Shown: piece after piece, positions 24,743 to 32,996 of the stretch | Layout: each line of letters opens with the position of its first letter | Numbering within the stretch: the first letter of the stretch is position 1 | Assembly: GCA_038208295.1 (NCBI GenBank) | Contig: JBBQYX010000009.1 | Coordinates: 42 to 64,041, forward strand | DNA: 64,000 bases | Source of the DNA: Candidatus Nanopelagicales bacterium | GTDB lineage: Bacteria; Actinomycetota; Actinomycetes; S36-B12; JBBQYX01 | Direction of reading: 5' to 3' | Program-made: the position numbers and the translations under genes | The notes under the pieces: model-generated | What the model was told of the DNA's origin: nothing | Databases searched by the model: none | Seen by the model: the letters and a program-made list of their open reading frames with translations, nothing else

Positions 24743-25150
24743 TCAGGACCCCGTTAGCAGGGCGGCTCGCAGCGGCTGGTCCGAACCCTCCAGGACGACC
24801 TGGGCGGCGTGGCGAGTACGTGTGTTCACCACGATGGGCGCCAGCAGGTTCGCGGTCGAGGCGGCCAGGCTCGCGCCCACGGTGACGATGACCAGGACGG
24901 CCGCGTCGCCGGCGTCGGACAGGCCCAGCGCCAGCGCCGTCCCGTCGTCGATCACGGGCGCGTAGTCGGGGAAGAAGGCCACCGACGGGACCACCACGAA
25001 GCTGATGCTCGCGTCGTCCAGCGACCTCAGGTCGAAGACGAAACCGCCGTCGTCCAGTTGCACCAGGACGAAGTGCCGCAGTCCGGGGAAGCCCGGGACG
25101 TCGGTCACGAAGTCGACCGAGGGCACGTCGAGGTCCGTCACGCTTGCCAT
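24743..25150 (-). CDS. fliW: Flagellar assembly factor FliW (CsrA antagonist)
   Basis: DVPGFPGLRHFVLVQL..FVFDLRSLDDASISFVVVPSVAFFPDYAPVIDD...ANLLAPIVVNTRTRHAAQVVL is typical FliW. ATG 25150 is preferred over the ORF-track start 25234, because the extension is a low-GC3 TATM repeat. Confidence 0.85.
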   Translation of the reverse strand: MASVTDLDVPSVDFVTDVPGFPGLRHFVLVQLDDGGFVFDLRSLDDASISFVVVPSVAFFPDYAPVIDDGTALALGLSDAGDAAVLVIVTVGASLAASTANLLAPIVVNTRTRHAAQVVLEGSDQPLRAALLTGS

Positions 25151-25230
25151 TGTCCCCGCCGTCACGGTTGCCCCCGCTGTCGCTGTCATCGTCGCTGTGG
25201 ATGGCATCGTCGCTGTCATCGTTGCTGTGC

Positions 25231-26127
25231 TCATCGCAGGAAGTCCACCAGGGAGGGTTGGATGACCTTGGCCGTGGCCCCCAGAGCGGCTTGGTAGCCG
25301 ACCTGCTGCATCTGCAGGGTCATGATGGTCTTGGGCAGGTCGATGGACTCCACCTCGGCCAACGAGTTGGTGAGATCCACCTGGCGGGTGTCGTGCTGGG
25401 CCTGCATCTGCTGGATCCGGTTGTAACGGGCACCTACCTCGGCGTGCCGGGTGCTCAGGGTCGTGGTCACCGCATCCAGGTCGCCGAGGTCGGTGGAAAG
25501 CTGGGCGGGGTCGCTGCTCAGGTGCTGGGCGATCGAGGTCAGCACGGCGAACAGGTTCTTGCCGGCCGCGTTCTCGAAGGTGGTCTTCCCGTCCACGTCC
25601 ACCCGGACCTGTGCGTCGTAGCCGACCGTACGCGCCACCGGGCTCTGATCACCGACGAAGCCACCGGTCGCCGCATCGTAGGCCGCGGTCCCGGTCGTCG
25701 TACCGCCGAAGACCGGCCGGTCCAGGTAGCGGGTGTTGGCCAGCCCGATCAGCGAGTCCCGGATGGCGGAGACCTCGGTCGCCAGGGCCTCCCGTGACTG
25801 CTGCGAGGTGGCGCCGGTGTTCATGCCCTGCAGGGTCAGGTCCCGTACCCGCTGGACCTGGTCGATCGTGCTGGTCAGGGTGTTGTCGATAGTGCCCAGC
25901 CAGCCGATTCCGTCGTCGGCGTTGCGCTGCCACTGCGCCATGCGCTGCTGCTCGCTGCGCAGTTGAAGCGCCGAGACGGTGCCGGTCGGATCGTCCGACG
26001 GCTTGGAGATCTGCTTGCCGCTGGACAGCTGCTGCTGGGTCTTCCCCACCCGATCGAGGTTGGCCTGCAGGGCCGCCAGCGAACGGTCGGAGATCGACCG
26101 CTGGGTGACCCGGACGGAGCCGTACAT
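25231..26127 (-). CDS. flgL: Flagellar hook-associated protein 3 FlgL
   Basis: Flagellin-like termini: VTQRSISDRSLAALQANLDRVGKTQQQLSSGKQISKPSDDP and VESIDLPKTIMTLQMQQVGYQAALGATAKVIQPSLVDFL. Confidence 0.85.
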   Translation of the reverse strand: MYGSVRVTQRSISDRSLAALQANLDRVGKTQQQLSSGKQISKPSDDPTGTVSALQLRSEQQRMAQWQRNADDGIGWLGTIDNTLTSTIDQVQRVRDLTLQGMNTGATSQQSREALATEVSAIRDSLIGLANTRYLDRPVFGGTTTGTAAYDAATGGFVGDQSPVARTVGYDAQVRVDVDGKTTFENAAGKNLFAVLTSIAQHLSSDPAQLSTDLGDLDAVTTTLSTRHAEVGARYNRIQQMQAQHDTRQVDLTNSLAEVESIDLPKTIMTLQMQQVGYQAALGATAKVIQPSLVDFLR

Positions 26128-26145
26128 CGTGATCCTCTCCCGGGG

Positions 26146-27573
26146 TTACCGGCCCACCAGGCCGGTGCGGTTGATGAGCGTGTCCAGAGCGCTGTCGACG
26201 GTTGTCATGACCCGGGCCGCAGCCTCGTACGCCCGCTGGAACAGCAGCATGTTGGCCATCTCCTCGTCCAGGCTGACCCCGGCCTGCGCGTCGCGTGAGT
26301 TGTCCAGCTGCTGGGTGATCTGGGTCTGGGTGTCCAGCCGCCGGGTCGCGGTCTGGCCCTGTACGCCCAGATCCACCACCAGTTGCCGGTAGACGGCGTC
26401 GGGGGCCGTCGGGCCGACGCCCAGTTTCGACATCAGGTCGGCGTTCCCGCCGTCGAGATTGCCACCGGTAGCAGGCGGCACCGTCGCCACGCCGGAGGCG
26501 GCCACCTTCGCCGGGTCGGAGAACGCGAGGACGATATTCGCCGCGCCGACGGGGTTCGCGTTCGAAGCCGTGAAGAAATCCGTACCGGCATTCCCCGCCA
26601 GGTCGTACCCCAACTTGTGCTGGGTGTTCACCGCCGACGCAACCGACGCTGCCACAGCGTCCAGCCGCTTGGTGAAACCAGGGATGACGCCACCGTCGGC
26701 CAACGCGTTGACGATCGCGTTGCCGGTCCCCCCCGCCTGCTGGACAGCCGAGGAGTCCTTGGCCCATTGCAGCGAGACGGCGTTGGTCGCGCTGACCTCC
26801 GTCATCATGGTCGGGCCGCCGACCTGGATCTGGTTGTACGTGGAACCACGGATCAGCGAGGCGCCACCAAGGTAGACATCGACCGTGCCGGAGTCGCCGG
26901 CCTTGGTGGTCGCACCGACCAGCTCGGCGAGTTTCATGACGAGTTTGTCGCGCTGGTCGGCGAGCTCGTTGACGGGCAGGTTCGCCTGGGTGCCGCGCAT
27001 CACCGCGGCATTGAGGTTCGCGACATCGGCGGCGGTGGAGTTGACCTCCGCAGCGATGTTGGTTAATTGGTCGCGGTAGGACGACCACTGGGCGGACAAT
27101 TGCCCGGATGCCTGGTGCATCCAGTCGGTCAGGGTCTGCCCGCGCTGCAACAACTGGCTGCGCGCCGCGAGGTCGTTGGGCCGGTTGGCCACGGCATCGA
27201 AGCCGCTCCAGAACTCGCCGAGGATCGACTGCAGGGCATTGTCGGACGGCTCGTTGAAGACGCCCTCCACCCGGGCAGTCGCTTGGGCATTCATGGACAA
27301 CTCTTCCTGGGTGGCGTGCGCGGTCTGCCCGCGCATCTCGAGGAAGCCGTCCCGTAGGCGCTGAATGCTGCTGACCGCGACCCCACTGCCGCCGCCCTGC
27401 CAGGTGGACCACATGGCCGGGGTAGCCGGGGCGCCCATGGAGTCCATGACGACCCGCTGCCGCGAATAGCCGTCGGTGTTGGCGTTGGCGATGTTCTGCC
27501 CCGCCACGTCCAGGGCCCGGCGCTGGGCGTACAGGCTCGACAGGGCGATGGAGATCCCGTCGAAGCTGCCCAT
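26146..27573 (-). CDS. flgK: Flagellar hook-associated protein 1 FlgK
   Basis: MGSFDGISIALSSLYAQRRALDVAGQNIANANTDGYSRQ N-terminus and GVSLDEEMANMLLFQRAYEAAARVMTTVDSALDTLIN C-terminus. Confidence 0.9.
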   Translation of the reverse strand: MGSFDGISIALSSLYAQRRALDVAGQNIANANTDGYSRQRVVMDSMGAPATPAMWSTWQGGGSGVAVSSIQRLRDGFLEMRGQTAHATQEELSMNAQATARVEGVFNEPSDNALQSILGEFWSGFDAVANRPNDLAARSQLLQRGQTLTDWMHQASGQLSAQWSSYRDQLTNIAAEVNSTAADVANLNAAVMRGTQANLPVNELADQRDKLVMKLAELVGATTKAGDSGTVDVYLGGASLIRGSTYNQIQVGGPTMMTEVSATNAVSLQWAKDSSAVQQAGGTGNAIVNALADGGVIPGFTKRLDAVAASVASAVNTQHKLGYDLAGNAGTDFFTASNANPVGAANIVLAFSDPAKVAASGVATVPPATGGNLDGGNADLMSKLGVGPTAPDAVYRQLVVDLGVQGQTATRRLDTQTQITQQLDNSRDAQAGVSLDEEMANMLLFQRAYEAAARVMTTVDSALDTLINRTGLVGR

Positions 27574-27577
27574 GACC

Positions 27578-28066
27578 TCAGGCCTCCTCGTCCAGCAGCA
27601 TCGACCGGCGGCCCACCGACTCGCGGGCGCCGGAGGGGACGTACGTCATCGGTTGGTTCCCGGTCTCCAAGCTGGCCATCAGCCGATCTGCGGTGATCTT
27701 GGCTTGGGACAGCAGTTCCTTGTTCACCTGGGTCACCGAGGCAACCCGCTCGGTCAACTGCAAGAACGCGTTGCGGTGCTCGTGGAGTAGGCCCTTCCAC
27801 GGCTCGACAGCCCGGGTGGCAAGTTGGTTCAGGCTGGGGTTGGCGGGCAGTCCGACGGAGCGAGCGACCTCGTCGACGATGCTGGCGCGGACCAACTCGG
27901 CCTCACCGATCCGTTCCAGAACGACTTCGACCTCGCGGGCCGCCCGGGGAATCCACTCGTTGCGGCCGGCCGCGAGCAGCAACTGCTCCTCCTCCAGCTT
28001 GAATACGAGCAATTCGAGCAGCTCGCGTTCCCGCCACAGGACGGTCGACAACTCGGCAAAGGTCAT
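27578..28066 (-). CDS. flgN: Probable flagellar chaperone FlgN
   Basis: 162-aa helical protein (LSTVLWRERELLELLVFKLEEEQLLLAAG..) directly upstream of flgK, with AGGAGGGA as RBS. The FlgN call rests on position and the pattern of the N-terminal helix. Confidence 0.6.
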   Translation of the reverse strand: MTFAELSTVLWRERELLELLVFKLEEEQLLLAAGRNEWIPRAAREVEVVLERIGEAELVRASIVDEVARSVGLPANPSLNQLATRAVEPWKGLLHEHRNAFLQLTERVASVTQVNKELLSQAKITADRLMASLETGNQPMTYVPSGARESVGRRSMLLDEEA

Positions 28067-28127
28067 TCGCCCGGTCCCTCCTTACCTGGACGCGGCGCTG
28101 GGGCGCGGGCCATCCCTGACAGAACTC

Positions 28128-28154
28128 CTATCGACCCGGCGGGCACACTCCTGA
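28128..28154 (-). promoter_or_regulatory. Candidate sigma-28-type promoter for flgN-flgK-flgL-fliW-csrA
   Basis: The minus strand reads TCAG-N15-GTCGATAG(GAG). The -10 element ends 61 nt upstream of the flgN ATG. It has the same CGATAGGA core as the sites at 4810 and 17581. Confidence 0.45.
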
Positions 28155-28206
28155 GCGGATTCGGGGCGGGCCGGACCCGATCGGGCGCAGCGGGCTACCG
28201 TGCACC

Positions 28207-28411
28207 TATGGCACGGGACTCCGGTCGGGCCGGCGGCGCCGACGACCTTGACGAGGCGGACGAGCGCGTCGCCCGGCGGCTCACCGCGCCCGGCCCCTCG
28301 CGGCTGAGCATCGACGGGGCGCTGCGGGCGCGGGACGTCTCCCGGCCGTCCACTGAGGACCTGGCCGCCGCCGAGCGGGCGCTACGGGTGCAGCGGGCGC
28401 GGACGACGTAG
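28207..28411 (+). CDS. Small hypothetical protein (67 aa), uncertain
   Basis: In-frame ATG inside ORF 27824..28411. Third-position GC is high throughout (coding-like). Divergent from flgN. No family recognised. Confidence 0.25.
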
Positions 28412-28433
28412 CCGCGGCAGGGCTGACCGCCGA

Positions 28434-28889
28434 TCAGCGCTGACGATCGCTCTCGAAGGCGGCCAGTTGATCGATGCGGCGCTGGTGCCGAGGGCCACCG
28501 CTGAAGTCGGTGGCCAGGAACGTGTCCACGAGCAGCAGCGCCGTGTCACGGTCGTGCATCCGCGCCCCGATGCTGACCACGTTGGCATCGTTGTGCTCCC
28601 GGGCGAGCGTCGCGGTGTCGCTGTTCCACGCCAGCGCGGCACGCACCCCGGTGACCTTGTTCGCCGCGATCTGCTCCCCGTTGCCCGATCCCCCGATCAC
28701 CACCCCGAGGCTGCCGGGATCGCCCACCACGGCTGCCGCGGCGGCGATGCAGTAGGCGGGATAGTCATCCTCGGCGTCGTACGCGGCTGCCCCGTGGTCG
28801 ACGACCTCATGGCCGTTGGCGACCAGATGGTCGGCCAGCACGGCCTTGAACTCGTAGCCGGCGTGGTCACTGCCCAGATGCACGCGCAT
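28434..28889 (-). CDS. rpiB: Ribose-5-phosphate isomerase B
   Basis: MRVHLGSDHAGYEFK..., GVVIGGSGNGEQIAANKVTGVRAAL, SIGARM. The start is set at ATG 28889, because the ORF-track extension overlaps the upstream gene. Confidence 0.9.
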   Translation of the reverse strand: MRVHLGSDHAGYEFKAVLADHLVANGHEVVDHGAAAYDAEDDYPAYCIAAAAAVVGDPGSLGVVIGGSGNGEQIAANKVTGVRAALAWNSDTATLAREHNDANVVSIGARMHDRDTALLLVDTFLATDFSGGPRHQRRIDQLAAFESDRQR

Positions 28890-28936
28890 GGCCGGAGTCT
28901 GGCAGCAACCTAGACACGGCGTCAGTAGGGAGCTCG

Positions 28937-29632
28937 TCAGTCGAAGATCGGCGGCAAGGTACGCGTCCGCTTCAGCTCGAAGAAGCCCGGCGTACCGGCC
29001 ACCAACACGACGCCGTCCCACAGGCGGCCGGCCGCCTCGCCCTTCGGCGCCGGGGTGACCACCGGGCCGAAGAAGGCCACCGATCCCCCGTCGGGGCCAG
29101 GTACGTGGATCACCGGGGTCCCCACGTCCATGCCGACCGGGTCCATGCCCTGATGGTGCGACCGGCGCAGCTCCGCATCGAACTCGGTGCTCGTCATGGC
29201 GGCCACGAGGCCGCCCGGCAGCCCCACCTCCGTCAACGCCTCAGCCACCAGGGGGGTCAGGTCCACTGGCGGCTCGCCGGTGTGGTTGCGCTGCCCCTGG
29301 ACGTGGAAGCGCTCACCCAGAGCGGTATAGAGCGGGAGAACCACCTCCGGGCCGTGCGCCGACTGCGCTGCCGTCACCACCCGGACGGGTCCCCACGCCT
29401 GCTGCATGACGTCGGCGTAGTCGGCTGGTAGGTCCCGCCCCTCGTTGAGCACCGCGAGGGACATGACGTGCCAGCGCACGGTGATGTCCCGCACCTGCGT
29501 CACGTTCAGGATCCACCGCGACGCCAGCCACGCCCACGGGCACATCGGGTCGAACCAAAAGTCGACTGGCGTCCCAGTCGTCCCGTGCAAGGCGGTTGCA
29601 TCGCCGCGGTCGCTGAGCGGACTGTCGGTCAT
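28937..29632 (-). CDS. DsbA-like thioredoxin-fold protein (Rv2466c-like)
   Basis: VDFWFDPMCPWAWLASRW (CPWA active-site region) and a DSBA-like fold pattern. The conserved rpiB / this gene / pepN arrangement is known from mycobacteria. Confidence 0.75.
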   Translation of the reverse strand: MTDSPLSDRGDATALHGTTGTPVDFWFDPMCPWAWLASRWILNVTQVRDITVRWHVMSLAVLNEGRDLPADYADVMQQAWGPVRVVTAAQSAHGPEVVLPLYTALGERFHVQGQRNHTGEPPVDLTPLVAEALTEVGLPGGLVAAMTSTEFDAELRRSHHQGMDPVGMDVGTPVIHVPGPDGGSVAFFGPVVTPAPKGEAAGRLWDGVVLVAGTPGFFELKRTRTLPPIFD

Positions 29633-29814
29633 GCGGTCTCCTCGGCGGCGGTCCCAGCGGTGCACCAGGCCGGTCGGGCCGGGTGCCGGCTGGGATTCTT
29701 CCAGCCATGAACTGTCCACCGACAGGTGGGCACGCTGCGTGACAGGATGACGGGCGCCGCGCAGACCGGTTCGCGCGTCGTTGCCACGTTCTCAGACGTC
29801 GAAGGGAACCACCT

Positions 29815-32364
29815 GTGTCCACCACGAATCTGACCCGCGCCGAAGCAGCCGAGCGGTCCGCCGCGCTCCGGGTGGAGTCCTACGACGTGGACCTGAACCT
29901 GACGGCCGGCGATACCGAGTTCGGCAGTACGACGACTGTCCGGTTCACCGCATCCGCGGGGAGTGCGACCTGGCTGGATCTCATCGCACCGGCGGTGGAA
30001 TCGGTGACGCTGAACGGAGTGTCGCTGGATCCGGCCGAGGTCTTCGCCGGCGCCCGCATCGCGCTGCCCGACCTGGCCGAACACAACGAGGTTGTGGTCG
30101 TGGCCCGGTGTGCGTACATGCACACCGGGGAGGGGATGCACCGCTTCGTCGACCCCGTGGACGGCGAGGTCTACCTCTACACCCAGTTCGAGTCCGCCGA
30201 CGCCCGCCGGGTGTACGCATGCTTCGAGCAGCCGGATCTCAAGGCGACGTTCGCACTGACAGTGACCGCGCCGGACCACTGGCAGGTGGTTTCCAATGCC
30301 GCAACACCTCAGTCCGAATCGGTCCGTAGCGGCGTGGCTCGCTGGGAGTTTGGCCCCACCGGGCGGATTTCGACGTACATCACCGCCATCGTCGCCGGCC
30401 CGTATTACCACGTGCACAGCACGTTTGATGGTGCCCACGGTAGTTATCCCCTCGGCATCTATTGCCGGGCATCCCTATCGAAACACCTGGACGAGGAAGC
30501 GATCTTCGACATCACCCGGAAGGGCTTCAAGTTCTTCGAGGGCGAGTTCTCCACGCCGTACGCCTTCGGGAAGTACGACCAGCTGTTCGTGCCGGAATTC
30601 AACGCGGGCGCGATGGAGAACGCCGGGTGCGTGACATTCCACGAGGACATGGTGTTCCGCTCCCGGGTTACCGACGCCGCCTACGAGCAGCGGTCGAACA
30701 CGATTCTGCACGAGATGGCGCACATGTGGTTTGGGGACCTCGTCACAATGACGTGGTGGGACGATTTGTGGCTGAACGAGTCCTTCGCCGAGTGGGCCTC
30801 GCATCACGCGAACGTCCATGCCACCCGATGGACCGAGGCATGGACGTCGTTCGGCAACCAGCGCAAGGCGTGGGCCTACCGCCAGGACCAGCTGCCCTCG
30901 ACCCACCCCATCGCCGCCGACATGGTCGACTTGGACTCGGTCCGGGTGAACTTCGACGGGATCACCTATGCCAAGGGCGCGTCCGCGCTGCGGCAACTCG
31001 TCGCCTGGGTGGGCGAGGCGGAATTCCTCGCCGGCCTGCGGGCCTACTTCGTCGAGCACGCCTGGGGGAACACCCGCCTGCAAGATCTACTGGCCCACCT
31101 GGAGGCCGCCTCCGGGCGTGACCTCAGCGAGTGGACCGAACAGTGGCTGCAGACCTCCGGGGTCAACCTGCTGCGCCCGATCGTGGAGACAGACGAGGCC
31201 GGCATGCTGGCGCGGGTCGCGATCGTCCAGGAACCGCCATCCGCGCCGGACGGGGTCGCCCCGACGCTGCGCTCGCACCGCGCCGCCATCGGTCTGTACG
31301 ACCGCACCCCGGCGGGTCTGGAGCGGTCCCACCGGATCGAACTGGATGTCACCGGCCCGGTGACCGAGGTGCCCGAACTGACCGGGCTGCGCCGGCCCGA
31401 ACTGTTGCTGCTGAACGACGACGACCTGACGTTTGCGAAGATCCGGCTGGACGAGGTCTCACTGCGGACCGCGATCCAGCATTTCGCCGACCTGACCTCC
31501 TCGCTGCCCCGGATGCTCATCTGGGGAGCCGCGTGGGACATGACCCGCGATGCCGAGATGGCCACGACCGACTACGTCCGCCTGGCCATGTCCGGGCTCG
31601 CCCGCGAATCCGACGTCGGGGTGGTCCAGCAGGTCTGCCGGCAGGTCCGGACGGCCATCGACGTCTACGCCGCACCCGACCACCGGACCGGTCTCCTACG
31701 CGAGTGGGCCGATCGGCTTTGGGAACTGGCGGACGCGGCCGACGCAGCCAGCGACCACCAGTTGGCGTATGTGCGCACGGCGACGTCCGCCTCGACCACG
31801 CCCGAGCAGCTCGGCACAGTGCGGGCCGTGCTCACCGGTGACCGGGTGCTCCCGGGTCTGGCCGTGGACACCGACCTGCGCTGGGCACTCCTGCACCGAC
31901 TGGTAGCGACGGATCAGGCCCAGCCCGCTGAGATCGACGCCGAACTCGCCAGGGATGACACGGCGACAGGACGTCGGCATGCGACCAGCGCCCGGGCCGC
32001 TGTCCCCACCGCGCAGGCCAAGGCGGCGGCCTGGGAGTCGGCCGTGCATGACCTGGCGCTGCCCAACGCCTTGCTGACCGCGACCGTCGGCGGGTTCGTA
32101 CAGCCCGACCAGCGCGAACTGCTGCGCCCGTACGTCGATCGCTATTTCCAGGCGCTGGCTCAAGTCTGGGAGGAACGCACTATCGACATGGCCCAGACCA
32201 TCACGATGGGGCTGTATCCGGCGCTGGTCGTCGAGCCCGAGACCGTGGCGGCCACCGACACATTCCTGGCGACCACGCAGCTGAGCCCGGGCGCCCAGCG
32301 GCTGGTGATCGAGGGTCGCGACGGGGTGCTGCGGGCGCTGCGGGCGCAGATGACGGACGCCTAG
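29815..32364 (+). CDS. pepN: Aminopeptidase N (M1 family)
   Basis: GAMENAGCVTF exopeptidase motif and the zinc site HEMAHMWFGDLVTMTWWDDLWLNESFAEW (HEXXH-X18-E). 849 aa. Confidence 0.95.
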   Translation: MSTTNLTRAEAAERSAALRVESYDVDLNLTAGDTEFGSTTTVRFTASAGSATWLDLIAPAVESVTLNGVSLDPAEVFAGARIALPDLAEHNEVVVVARCAYMHTGEGMHRFVDPVDGEVYLYTQFESADARRVYACFEQPDLKATFALTVTAPDHWQVVSNAATPQSESVRSGVARWEFGPTGRISTYITAIVAGPYYHVHSTFDGAHGSYPLGIYCRASLSKHLDEEAIFDITRKGFKFFEGEFSTPYAFGKYDQLFVPEFNAGAMENAGCVTFHEDMVFRSRVTDAAYEQRSNTILHEMAHMWFGDLVTMTWWDDLWLNESFAEWASHHANVHATRWTEAWTSFGNQRKAWAYRQDQLPSTHPIAADMVDLDSVRVNFDGITYAKGASALRQLVAWVGEAEFLAGLRAYFVEHAWGNTRLQDLLAHLEAASGRDLSEWTEQWLQTSGVNLLRPIVETDEAGMLARVAIVQEPPSAPDGVAPTLRSHRAAIGLYDRTPAGLERSHRIELDVTGPVTEVPELTGLRRPELLLLNDDDLTFAKIRLDEVSLRTAIQHFADLTSSLPRMLIWGAAWDMTRDAEMATTDYVRLAMSGLARESDVGVVQQVCRQVRTAIDVYAAPDHRTGLLREWADRLWELADAADAASDHQLAYVRTATSASTTPEQLGTVRAVLTGDRVLPGLAVDTDLRWALLHRLVATDQAQPAEIDAELARDDTATGRRHATSARAAVPTAQAKAAAWESAVHDLALPNALLTATVGGFVQPDQRELLRPYVDRYFQALAQVWEERTIDMAQTITMGLYPALVVEPETVAATDTFLATTQLSPGAQRLVIEGRDGVLRALRAQMTDA

Positions 32365-32372
32365 GCAGAAGC

Positions 32373-32723
32373 TCAGCCAGGGGCGCAGCCGCAGGCAACT
32401 GACTCGTCATCGCACCAGACCAGCAGGGCATGGCCAACCGCGGTGACGACGCATCCCGCCTGCGTGCACTCCCCGGGGTCCAGGCCGTGCGCATGCACGA
32501 TCCAGGTGCCGTGGCAGTGCAGCAGCTCCGCCGAGCAGTCCAAGCATTCGGGCAGGACTGCGCCGGCTGCACACCGGCCGTGGGCGAGGTCGGCCACCAG
32601 CGCCTCGTGCAGCGCGGCGTCATGCTCGGCCAGCGCGCCGGTGGCGACGTCGATCCGCTCCCGGGTGAGCAGGGCACCCGTCGCAGGCTGGGTGGGAGTC
32701 GAGGGCGCGGCGCGACTGGTCAT
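32373..32723 (-). CDS. Cys/His-rich hypothetical protein
   Basis: GGAGG 5 nt upstream of ATG 32723. 116 aa with 9 Cys and 7 His (HGRC, ECLDC, HCHGTWIVHAHG, ECTQAGC, CGC). No family recognised. Confidence 0.5.
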   Translation of the reverse strand: MTSRAAPSTPTQPATGALLTRERIDVATGALAEHDAALHEALVADLAHGRCAAGAVLPECLDCSAELLHCHGTWIVHAHGLDPGECTQAGCVVTAVGHALLVWCDDESVACGCAPG

Positions 32724-32784
32724 CGGGGCCTCCAGGGTGGGGATGAACCGCTGTCTGTCGGCTCGGCTGCATCCTCGCCCTGGG

Positions 32785-32805
32785 GTCTGACATTTCTTGT
32801 CAGAC
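32785..32805. promoter_or_regulatory. Palindromic operator-like site GTCTGACA-TTTCT-TGTCAGAC
   Basis: Perfect 8-bp inverted repeat around a locally AT-rich spacer, in the divergent region between the Cys-rich gene and ku. A second small inverted repeat, GTGAC-N6-GTCAC, follows about 20 bp downstream. Confidence 0.4.
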
Positions 32806-32996
32806 ACGCCTGCCCGGCAGTGACCCGTCAGTCACAGCAGGCGGCGGTGCTCGCGTACGGACGTCACCGGGGGCCGTTGATCCCGCTTCTGGACGCCTCC
32901 GCCGAACTGGCAGGTGCGAAAGGTCTTCCCAGCGGGTAACTGGAACGGGCAGCCTTATCCCTGACCGCCCAGCCGAGCCACCGAGTGGAGACCGCC

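Noticed and set aside
25885-25892. GTCGATAG on the plus strand inside flgL
   Set aside because: It lies inside and antisense to a coding region, has no -35 match at 15 nt, and no downstream plus-strand gene.
25649-27412. 587-aa minus-strand ORF out of frame with flgK/flgL
   Set aside because: It is on the same strand as flgK/flgL but frame-shifted. It is extremely Arg/Pro/Gly-rich, while the flgK and flgL frames carry the canonical conserved termini.
28067-28433. An flgM (anti-sigma-28) gene upstream of flgN, as in Bacillus
   Set aside because: The ORF track shows no minus-strand ORF within this gap, and the candidate flgN promoter lies immediately upstream of flgN. A very small or divergent FlgM cannot be excluded without a search.
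32785-32840. Possible PafBC / RecA-independent DNA-damage promoter (tTGTCRgtg-N8-TAnnnT) upstream of ku
   Set aside because: TTGTCAGAC resembles the first half, but no TAnnnT hexamer follows at 8 nt on either strand. The site is kept only as a generic palindromic operator candidate.
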